Shown here: positions 20,907 through 28,403 of the stretch, piece after piece
How the letters are laid out: the number at the start of each line of letters is the position of its first letter
Numbering within the stretch: the first letter of the stretch is position 1
Source of the DNA: Dermatophilaceae bacterium
Lineage (GTDB): Bacteria; Actinomycetota; Actinomycetes; Actinomycetales; Dermatophilaceae
Length of the DNA stretch: 64,000 nucleotides
Assembly: GCA_046260445.1 (NCBI GenBank)
Contig: JBHEPF010000127.1
Span: forward strand, 11,688 to 75,687
Direction: 5' to 3'
The notes under the pieces: generated by a model
The model's database searches: none
Seen by the model: only the letters and a program-made list of their open reading frames with translations
What the model was told of the DNA's origin: nothing
Program-made: the position numbers and the translations under genes

Positions 20907-21000
20907 AATGGTGCCCGCGGGGGTGGGGTCAAGGACCTGACCGTGGCTGGCGCCGACCCGCGGTCTCGCTGTGACGGTATCGGCCTCGCGGCGCGGCCGG

Positions 21001-21783
21001 TCAGGTGACGAAGGGGCGGTGGGCAATGCGGGCGCTGATCTCGGCGGCGGCCGTGCGAAGGAGCGGGACGATCTCGTCGACGCGGGCCTGCTCGAAACGG
21101 AACGACGGGCCGGAGACGCTTACCGACGCGACGATGTCGCCGTGGGTGTCGCGCACCGGGGCCGCGACGGCGGTCAGGCCGATGTCGAGCTCGTCGGCGG
21201 CGAGTGCGTAGCCCTTGGCTCGGACTCCCGCGAGCTGCGCGTCGAGGACGGCACGGTCGGTGATGGTCGACGGGGTGAAGGCGACGAGCTCGCCGAGGAG
21301 ATGGGCCAGCTCGGGGTCGTCGCGTTCACTGACGAGCACCTTGCCGTTGCTCGTGGCGTGGATCGGGATGTGCTGGCCGACCCAGTTGTAGGACGACAGG
21401 GTCGAGGCTCCGTCCACCTGGTCCACGTAGAGTGCCGCTCCGCCCGATAGGACGACGAGGTTGACGGTCTCGCCGGTCTCGGAGGCGAGGTGCCGGCATA
21501 CGGTCCGGGCCTGCTGGGCCAAGTCAAGCCGGGCGCTGCTCGCGGCGGCGAGCTTGAGCACCCCGACGCCGAGCCGGTAGTGTCCCCGCTCCTCGATCTG
21601 TTCGACGAGCTGCCGTCGCTCGAGCGCGGCGACGAGGCGGCTCGCCGTCGACTTGTGCACCCCGAGGGTGCGGGCCAGCTGCGTCACCCCCGCGGCCCCG
21701 TGAACGGCGAGTAGCTCGAGGATCGTCACGGCGCGGTCGACGGACTGCACCGTTGCAGACTCGGCCCGAGCATTGGTGCGCAT
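21001..21783 (-). CDS. IclR-family transcriptional regulator
   Basis: 260 aa with an N-terminal wHTH (SVDRAVTILELLAVHGAAGVTQLARTLGVHKSTASRLVAALE) and a C-terminal IclR effector domain. Confidence 0.85.
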   Translation of the reverse strand: MRTNARAESATVQSVDRAVTILELLAVHGAAGVTQLARTLGVHKSTASRLVAALERRQLVEQIEERGHYRLGVGVLKLAAASSARLDLAQQARTVCRHLASETGETVNLVVLSGGAALYVDQVDGASTLSSYNWVGQHIPIHATSNGKVLVSERDDPELAHLLGELVAFTPSTITDRAVLDAQLAGVRAKGYALAADELDIGLTAVAAPVRDTHGDIVASVSVSGPSFRFEQARVDEIVPLLRTAAAEISARIAHRPFVT

Positions 21784-21823
21784 GGCGCAACAGTAGCCGA
21801 GTGCGACTCGAGGACGGCCTCCG

Positions 21824-23263
21824 TCAGTCGCCGAGCTCCCGGCGGCGCCGGATCACGAAGTCCTCGAGTCCGGCGAGGACGCCGTCGTCGATGGTGGGCT
21901 GCTCGTAGTCCTCGAGCCGCTTGCGCCAGATGGCCGCGGCGCGCGTGGCCGTGTCCTGGGCGCCGTTGCGCGTCCAGCGCTCGTAGTTCTCGGAGGAGTT
22001 CAGGAAGGGGCGGTAGAAGCAGGTGCGGAAGCGCTCCATCGTGTGCGCCGAGCCCAGGAAGTGGCCACCGTGACCGACCTCCTGGTGGGCGTCGAAGGCG
22101 AGCGAGCCAGCGTCGATCTCGAGTGGGGTGAACTCGTGCTGGAGCATCTCGACGATCTGGCAGTCGATGACGAACTTCTCGAGCCCCGCAACCAGGCCGC
22201 CCTCGAGCCACCCTGCTGTGTGCATGACCCAGTTCGTGCCCGCGAGAAACGTCGGCAGCAGGGTCATCAGTGCCTCGTATCCGGCTTGGGCGTCCGGCAC
22301 CTGTGAGGAGGTGAGGCCGCCGCCGGTGCGGAACGGCAGGCCGAACCGGCGCGCGATCTGGCCGGTGCAGAGCAGTCCGATGCCGGACTCCGGCGTGCCG
22401 AAGGTGGGGGAGCCGGACTGCATGTCGATGTTCGAGAGGAACGACCCGAAGATCACCGGGCACCCGGGGCGGATGAGCTGGGCCAGGGCGATGCCCGACA
22501 ATGCCTCGGCGATCTGCTGCACCAACGCTGCCGGGATGGTCACGGGCGACATCGCGCCCATGAGGATGAACGGCGTCACGACGACCGGCTGGTTGGCCGC
22601 GCAGTACTCGAAGAGGGCGTCGAGCATACGGTCGTCCCAGCGGAGGGGCGAGTTGCAGTTGATGAGGCTGATCGATGTCGGCGTGGCCTCGATCGCGTCG
22701 CGGCCGCCGAACACGATCTCGGACATCGCGATGACGTCGCGGGCGTTGGGCCCGGAGACGACGTTGCCCATGAACACCTTGTCGGTGAGCGTCATCAGAG
22801 CGAGCGTCATGTCGAGGTGGCGTGAGTCGAGCGGAGTGTCGTTGGGTTCGCAGACGACGCCGCCGGCGGAGTCCAGGACCGAGAAGGACTGGGAGAGGCG
22901 CGCGAAGTTGCGGTAGTCCTCCATGGTGCCGTCCCGGCGGATCTCGCCATCGCGGACGAACGGAGGGCCGTAGACGGCACCGAAGGCCATTGAGTCGCCG
23001 CCGATGTGGATGCTGCGCTCGGCGTTGCGCGCCTGGACGTCGAACTCGCGGGGCGCCTTGGCCACCTGCTCGAGGACGAACTCAGGGTCGAGGAACACCG
23101 TCTTCTCCTCGACCCGCTGGCCCGCGTCGCGGAAGAGGGCCACGGCGCGGTCACTCATGAACTCGACCCCGATCTCGGTGACGAGTCGACGCCAGCCGGC
23201 GTCCAGCTGCTCGAGGGCGTCCGCGGAGAGGATCTCGTAGCGCGGCATGCGGTTGGTGAACAT
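21824..23263 (-). CDS. MttB-superfamily (trimethylamine methyltransferase family) non-pyrrolysine quaternary-amine:corrinoid methyltransferase; glycine betaine is the likely substrate
   Basis: 479-aa uninterrupted ORF with no in-frame TAG. It shows MttB-like sequence throughout (YEILSADALEQLDAGWRRLVTEIGVEF ... NCNSPLRWD ... GGLTSS). The context includes a corrinoid protein, a methyl-THF methyltransferase and a RamA-type activase. Confidence 0.88.
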   Translation of the reverse strand: MFTNRMPRYEILSADALEQLDAGWRRLVTEIGVEFMSDRAVALFRDAGQRVEEKTVFLDPEFVLEQVAKAPREFDVQARNAERSIHIGGDSMAFGAVYGPPFVRDGEIRRDGTMEDYRNFARLSQSFSVLDSAGGVVCEPNDTPLDSRHLDMTLALMTLTDKVFMGNVVSGPNARDVIAMSEIVFGGRDAIEATPTSISLINCNSPLRWDDRMLDALFEYCAANQPVVVTPFILMGAMSPVTIPAALVQQIAEALSGIALAQLIRPGCPVIFGSFLSNIDMQSGSPTFGTPESGIGLLCTGQIARRFGLPFRTGGGLTSSQVPDAQAGYEALMTLLPTFLAGTNWVMHTAGWLEGGLVAGLEKFVIDCQIVEMLQHEFTPLEIDAGSLAFDAHQEVGHGGHFLGSAHTMERFRTCFYRPFLNSSENYERWTRNGAQDTATRAAAIWRKRLEDYEQPTIDDGVLAGLEDFVIRRRRELGD

Positions 23264-23318
23264 CGGCGGGCCTTTCGGAGCGATCGACGTTGACGGTGAG
23301 ACGGGTCACATCCTAGCC

Positions 23319-23350
23319 TCATCATGTGGGACTGTGGTTCCACATCATGA
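23319..23350. promoter_or_regulatory. candidate operator in the mttB / iclR-corrinoid divergent promoter
   Basis: TCATCATGTGG (23319-23329) and CCACATCATGA (23340-23350) are inverted repeats matching at 10 of 11 positions. The inner core TGTGGTTCCACA (23333-23344) has 5-bp perfect arms. Confidence 0.35.
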
Positions 23351-24171
23351 GCAGCCGCGCGCGACCTCGCGACTCGGCCAACATCCAGGAGAGGACAGCC
23401 CGCGTGAGCACCCCCACAGTGAGTACCGGCACCCAGTCCATCGACCGGGCTGCCGACCTGCTCGCCCGTGTCGTGCGCGCGCAGGAGGCGGTGACCTTCA
23501 GCGAACTGGCCGTGGCGACCGGGCTGGCGCGCTCGACGACCTCCCGTCTACTGGCCGCCCTCGAGCGCGCGGAACTCCTCGCCCGTGACGACCATGGTCG
23601 TTGGACCCCCGGTGCGCTTTTCGAGCACTACGCCACGCAGCGCTCCGATGACGAAGTGCTGATCCAGGCCGCCGATCCCATGATGCGGGCGCTGGGGGAG
23701 GCCACCGGCGAGACCGTGAACCTCGGGGTCAGTCGCCGCGGTACCGTCGTGCAGGTCGCCCAGGTCGACTCGGTCTACTTCCTCGGCTCGCGTGACTGGG
23801 TCGGCACAGAAGTGCCGGCGCACTGCTCCTCCCTGGGCAAGGTTCTCCTCGCGCACGGCGCGCTCCGACTGCCCTCCGGACCGCTCGAAGCACTGACCCC
23901 GTCGTCGGTCACCACCGGCGCGGCCCTGCAAGCCCAGCTGCCGGGCATCCGCGCCGACGGCTACGCGACGACCGTCGACGAGCTCGAGCCCGGTCTGACG
24001 GGGGTGGCGGCACCGGTCCGCCGCAATGGCGCGGTCGTGGCCGCGCTCGGCGTTTCGGGGCCGACCTCCCGCCTCGCGGTGGACCTGCAGTCCACCGGAA
24101 CCCTTGTCGCCGCCCACGCCCGGGCGCTGTCGACCCGTCTCGACCACCACCCGCAGGAAGGCGCAGCATGA
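23347..24171 (+). CDS. IclR-family transcriptional regulator, first gene of the corrinoid operon
   Basis: Track ORF 23326..24171. Possible starts are ATG 23347 or GTG 23404; the latter would clear the inverted repeat. The wHTH is SIDRAADLLARVV...FSELAVATGLARSTTSRLLAALE. Its stop overlaps the next start (ATGA at 24168). Confidence 0.8.
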   Translation: MSSRARPRDSANIQERTARVSTPTVSTGTQSIDRAADLLARVVRAQEAVTFSELAVATGLARSTTSRLLAALERAELLARDDHGRWTPGALFEHYATQRSDDEVLIQAADPMMRALGEATGETVNLGVSRRGTVVQVAQVDSVYFLGSRDWVGTEVPAHCSSLGKVLLAHGALRLPSGPLEALTPSSVTTGAALQAQLPGIRADGYATTVDELEPGLTGVAAPVRRNGAVVAALGVSGPTSRLAVDLQSTGTLVAAHARALSTRLDHHPQEGAA

Positions 24172-24833
24172 CTCCCGACGAGATCCTTCAGGGGTTGTAC
24201 GACGAGACGCTCGTCGGCAACGCACCCGCGGTGCTCGACCTCACCCACCAGGCACTGAACCAGGGCATGGCGCCGGGCAGCCTGCTGTTCGACGCACTGA
24301 TCCCCGCCCTGGAGGAGGTCGGCGCTCGCTTCGAGCGCGGCGACTTCTTCGTGCCCGAGATGCTCATCGCGGGCCGCGCCATGGCCGGCTCAATGGCAGT
24401 ACTGCGACCGCTCCTCGCCGACACCGGGGTCCAGACGATCGGGCGCTTCCTCATGGGGACCGTCAAGGGCGACGTCCACGACATCGGAAAGAACCTCGTC
24501 AACATCATGCTCGAGGGGGCCGGCTTCGAGGTGATCGACCTCGGGGTGCAGGTGGCGCCGGAGAGGTTCGTCGCGGCCATTGAGGAGCACCAGCCCGACA
24601 TCGTCGGCTTCTCAGCGTTCCTCACCACGACCATGCCGATGTTCAAGGCGAACATCAACGCCCTCGAGAAGGCAGGTCTACGCGACTCCGTCATCGTCAT
24701 GGTGGGCGGGGCCCCGGTCACGCAGGAGTACGCCGACGCGGTCGGCGCCGACGGGTATGCCTCCGATGCCTCCGCCACCGTCAAGCGGGCCAAGGCTCTG
24801 CTCGAGGCCCGCCGCACCAGGGTCCTGGCGTGA
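24168..24833 (+). CDS. cobalamin-binding corrinoid protein (MtgC/MtbC-like)
   Basis: 221 aa with a B12-binding cap domain plus a Rossmann domain. It carries the DxHxxG motif GDVHDIGKN, the SxL motif (SAFLTT) and GG (MVGGAP). Confidence 0.9.
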   Translation: MTPDEILQGLYDETLVGNAPAVLDLTHQALNQGMAPGSLLFDALIPALEEVGARFERGDFFVPEMLIAGRAMAGSMAVLRPLLADTGVQTIGRFLMGTVKGDVHDIGKNLVNIMLEGAGFEVIDLGVQVAPERFVAAIEEHQPDIVGFSAFLTTTMPMFKANINALEKAGLRDSVIVMVGGAPVTQEYADAVGADGYASDASATVKRAKALLEARRTRVLA

Positions 24834-25732
24834 GCGCCCCCCTGCGTCGCACCGTCCTGCGTTCGGCGACCAAGGAGGTCGTCATTGCTGCAGACCAGCC
24901 GTTCTGCGTCATCGGTGAGCGGATCAACCCGACCGGTCGGCCCGTGCTCCAGAAGGCACTGCGCGAGGGCGACCTGTCGATCATCGCCAAGGACGTCGAC
25001 TCCCAGGTCGCTGGCGGCGCCGACGTCCTCGACATCAACATGGGTGTGCCCCTCACCGACGAGGTCGCGCTGCTCGTCAGGGCGATCCAGCTGGTGCAGC
25101 AGGTGACCGACCTGCCCGTCTGCATCGACTCCTCGGTGGTCGAGGCGCTGGAGGCCGGGCTCGCCGCTTACCAGGGCCGGGCCCTGGTCAATTCCGTGAC
25201 GGCCGAGGACGAACGGCTCGCCGCCATCCTCCCCCTCGTCAAGAAGTACGACGCCGCGGTCGTCGCGCTGCCGAACGACGAGGACGAGATTCCCATGGAG
25301 CACGAGAAGCGACTCCTGCTCACCGAGAAGATCGTCCAGGTCGCCACGCGGGAGTACGGCATCGCCATCGACGACATCGTCATCGATCCACTTGCGATGC
25401 CCATCGGTGCCGACTCCACGGTGGGCCGCGAGACCCTCGCGACCATCCGTGGCATCCGCGAGCGGTGGGGCCTCAACACGACGTGCGGCGCGTCCAACGT
25501 CAGCTTCGGGATGCCGGGCCGCCACGCCATCAACGGCGCCTGGCTGCCGCTCGCGATGTCGGCCGGCCTCACCAGCGCCATCATGGACGCCCGCACTCCG
25601 CACGTCGTCGACGCGGTGCGTGCCGCCGACCTGCTCCTCGGCAATGACGAATGGGGCTCGGCGTGGATCGCGACCCACCGGGCGCGACAGGCGGCGCAGG
25701 CGGCCCCGACCGCTGCGGCTGGACCTGCGTGA
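24830..25732 (+). CDS. methylcorrinoid:tetrahydrofolate methyltransferase (pterin-binding domain, MtgA/AcsE/MetH-module-like)
   Basis: 300 aa with VIGERINPTGRPVLQKALREGD, GADVLDINMG and ALVNSV, as in the pterin-binding (DHPS-like) family. There is a GTGA start/stop overlap with the corrinoid protein gene. Confidence 0.85.
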   Translation: MSAPLRRTVLRSATKEVVIAADQPFCVIGERINPTGRPVLQKALREGDLSIIAKDVDSQVAGGADVLDINMGVPLTDEVALLVRAIQLVQQVTDLPVCIDSSVVEALEAGLAAYQGRALVNSVTAEDERLAAILPLVKKYDAAVVALPNDEDEIPMEHEKRLLLTEKIVQVATREYGIAIDDIVIDPLAMPIGADSTVGRETLATIRGIRERWGLNTTCGASNVSFGMPGRHAINGAWLPLAMSAGLTSAIMDARTPHVVDAVRAADLLLGNDEWGSAWIATHRARQAAQAAPTAAAGPA

Positions 25733-25854
25733 GCGGGTCACGCGGCCCGGGATCGCCGTTCGATGATGTCGTCGACGGGCTGCGGCGCGAGGGTCTGCTC
25801 GAGCCGGCCTCGTCGAGGTCCGTCGCACGGGACGTTCGCGAGGGCGCCGGGAGG

Positions 25855-27699
25855 GTGCAACTGAGCTTCACGCCATCCAACCGCTCGGTGCGGGTGCCGC
25901 CGGGGGTGTCTGTCTTCGACGCCGCCTCCTGGAACGGGATCGCCATCGACTCCACGTGTGGGGGCCACGGCACCTGTCGCAAGTGCCTCGTCCGTGTGAC
26001 GACAGGCTCGGCGCCGGTGACGAGGCACGACCTCAAGACCTTCTCCGACGACCAGATCGGTGACGGTTGGCGGCTCGCGTGCCTCGTGAAGGCCGCCCAC
26101 GACCTCAGTCTCGAGGTTCCGCCGCTCGTCACCCGGCCCAAGGCGTCCACCGTCGGCATTGGCCGTCAGGTCATCCTGCGCCCCGGGGTGCAGAAGCGCT
26201 ACGTCGAGCTCGCCGAACCGACCCTCGCGGACCAGCGCACCGACCTGCGGCGCCTGCGTGACGCGGTGGAGGACCTCACCCTCGACCCCGACCTCCACGC
26301 CCTACGGCGCCTGCCGAACGTGTTGCGGGACAGCGACTTCAGGGTGACCGCGGTCGTGGTCCACGAGACTCTCATCGATGTCGAGCCGGGCGACACCACG
26401 GGTCGCCGGCACGCGATCGCGTTCGACCTCGGGACGACCACCGTCGTCGCCACCCTGCTCGACCTCGAGACCGGGACACCGGTCGCTGTGGCCTCGATGC
26501 TCAACAAGCAGCAGCCCTTCGGTGGCGATGTCATCACCAGGATCAGCGCGACGATGTTGGACCCCGAAGCGCTGGGTCGGCTCACCTCGCTGGCCCGCGA
26601 GACCCTCGCCGAGCTCGCGGCGGAGGTGCTCAAGGAGGGCGGGATCGCCCCGAGTGAGGTCTATGAGGTCGCGCTCGCCGGCAACGCGACGATGACGGCC
26701 CTGTTACTCGGTGTCGACCCCGAGCCCCTCGGCGTCGCCCCCTTCATCCAGGTGACTGCCGACTGGCCCGTCCTGAAGGCCACCGAGCTGGGTCTGACCC
26801 TGCACCCGGGGGCACGGGCCACGGTCTTCCCCGCGCTCGGCGCCTACGTCGGCGGCGACATCGTCGCGGGCATGCTCGCGAGCGGGCTGGATCGCGATAA
26901 GCGGGTTCGCCTGTTCATCGACGTCGGCACCAACTGCGAGATCGCCCTGAGCGACGGCGAACGCATCGTCACGACCGCAGCGCCGGCCGGTCCCGCGTTC
27001 GAGGGCGGCGCCATCCGCTGCGGCATGCGTGCCGCCGACGGCGCCATTGAGGTCATCAGGCTAGACCCCGCTGCCGAGGACGACGCCATCTCGGTGGTAC
27101 TCGGCGTCATCGGTGACGTCGAGCCCCGGGGGCTGTGTGGTTCCGGCCTCGTCGACGCCGTGTCCGAGCTGGTCCGGGTCGGCCTGCTCGACGCGTCAGG
27201 TCGGTTCGTCCCGGAGGACGATGCTGCTCGTGACGTCCCGCTGCTCGCATCCCGACTCACGACCGTGGGGCAGGGCGAGCGGGTGTTCGTGCTGCACCGG
27301 CCCACTCCGGACTCACCTGCAGCGGAGTCTGTGTACCTGTCCCAGAGGGACGTTCGCGAGCTCCAGTTCGCCAAGGCGGCGATATCCACGGGGTGGACCC
27401 TGCTGCTGGAGGAGCTCGGGATGGCCGCGCGCGACGTCCAGCAAGTCCTGCTCGCAGGGTCCTTCGGCTCCTACCTCTCGCCCGCCTCGGCCGTGCGGAT
27501 CGGGCTGGTCCCCGAACTGCCGGTGCTGCGGATCGTCTCCGCGGGCAACGTCGCGGGGGAGGGGGCCAAAATGGTCCTCCTGTCGTCCCGCGAACGGGCT
27601 GGTGCCGACGCGCTGCTCGAGGAGGTGCGCTATGTCGAACTCTCCGACCGCCCCGATTTCAACGACCGGTTCATCGACCAGCTCGCGTTCCCGGTGTGA
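25855..27699 (+). CDS. RamA/RACo-type corrinoid reductive activase (2Fe-2S ferredoxin domain plus ASKHA ATPase, DUF4445)
   Basis: Track ORF 25651..27699. The GTG at 25855 gives VQLSFTPSNRSVRVPPGVSVFDAASWNGIAIDSTCGGHGTCRKCLVRV, a family-typical N-terminus. An alternative GTG at 25729 overlaps the upstream stop (GTGA). The body is ASKHA-like (AFDLGTTTVVATLLD, IDVGTNCEI). Confidence 0.85.
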   Translation: MQLSFTPSNRSVRVPPGVSVFDAASWNGIAIDSTCGGHGTCRKCLVRVTTGSAPVTRHDLKTFSDDQIGDGWRLACLVKAAHDLSLEVPPLVTRPKASTVGIGRQVILRPGVQKRYVELAEPTLADQRTDLRRLRDAVEDLTLDPDLHALRRLPNVLRDSDFRVTAVVVHETLIDVEPGDTTGRRHAIAFDLGTTTVVATLLDLETGTPVAVASMLNKQQPFGGDVITRISATMLDPEALGRLTSLARETLAELAAEVLKEGGIAPSEVYEVALAGNATMTALLLGVDPEPLGVAPFIQVTADWPVLKATELGLTLHPGARATVFPALGAYVGGDIVAGMLASGLDRDKRVRLFIDVGTNCEIALSDGERIVTTAAPAGPAFEGGAIRCGMRAADGAIEVIRLDPAAEDDAISVVLGVIGDVEPRGLCGSGLVDAVSELVRVGLLDASGRFVPEDDAARDVPLLASRLTTVGQGERVFVLHRPTPDSPAAESVYLSQRDVRELQFAKAAISTGWTLLLEELGMAARDVQQVLLAGSFGSYLSPASAVRIGLVPELPVLRIVSAGNVAGEGAKMVLLSSRERAGADALLEEVRYVELSDRPDFNDRFIDQLAFPV

Positions 27700-27724
27700 T
27701 GTCGGAGACGCCGCGCGCGCGTCG

Positions 27725-28315
27725 GTGGCACTCGTCGCGTGCGGTGCAATCGCCCAGCCGGCCGCCGACAGTGCAGCGCGACACGGGTGGGCTGTGGACG
27801 TCCACCCCTTGCCGCCCCTCCTGCATAACCGTCCGGAGCGGATCGCGGGCGAGGTCGAGCACCTCGTCCGTGAGTTGAGCGGACGCTACGACCGGGTCGC
27901 GGTCGGGTATGCCGACTGCGGCACCTACGGAGCGCTGGATGCGCTGTGTGAGCGGCTCGGAGTGCAGCGGCTGCCCGGTCTGCATTGCTATGACCTCTTC
28001 GCCGGAACGACCATCGTTGAAGAGCTGGCCGCCGACGAGCCGGGCACCTACCTACTCACCGACTTCCTGGTGAGGTCGTTCTCCCGGACCGTGGTCCACG
28101 AGCTCGGTCTCGACCGGCACCCAGAGCTGCGCGATGAATACTTCCGCCACTACACCCGCATCGTGTGGCTCGTCCAGAGCACCGACCCCCAGGAACAGGC
28201 CGAGCTGAGGCTGCTCGCACAGGGCGCCGCCGACCGCGTCGGACTGCCCTTGCAGGTGCAGCACGCGGGCCCTGGCGGCCTCGACCGCGCGCTCGCCGAC
28301 CTCCTCGGCGACTAG
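27725..28315 (+). CDS. DUF1638-domain protein (function unknown, recurrent partner of corrinoid methyltransferase systems)
   Basis: This is the tail of track ORF 27113..28315. The GTG at 27725 gives VALVACGAIAQP..., then VGYADCGTYGALDALCE and YLLTDFLVRSF. The upstream part of the ORF overlaps ramA out of frame. Confidence 0.65.
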   Translation: MALVACGAIAQPAADSAARHGWAVDVHPLPPLLHNRPERIAGEVEHLVRELSGRYDRVAVGYADCGTYGALDALCERLGVQRLPGLHCYDLFAGTTIVEELAADEPGTYLLTDFLVRSFSRTVVHELGLDRHPELRDEYFRHYTRIVWLVQSTDPQEQAELRLLAQGAADRVGLPLQVQHAGPGGLDRALADLLGD

Positions 28316-28403
28316 CGCGCGGCGAGGACCTCGGACATCGCTCGCACGGGATCGGGGGCAGAGCCGCAGCAGGCCCGACGATGTCGATCCCGGTGGGCCC
28401 GTC

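Noticed and set aside
21824-23263. Possible pyrrolysine (in-frame TAG) in the MttB homolog
   Set aside because: The 479-codon frame is uninterrupted by any stop and no pyl genes are in the window. This is a non-Pyl family member.
27393-27878. 161-aa ORF (MSETPRARRW...) starting at the ramA stop
   Set aside because: It is an Arg/Pro-rich off-frame product. The DUF1638-like motifs are in the other frame (27725..28315).
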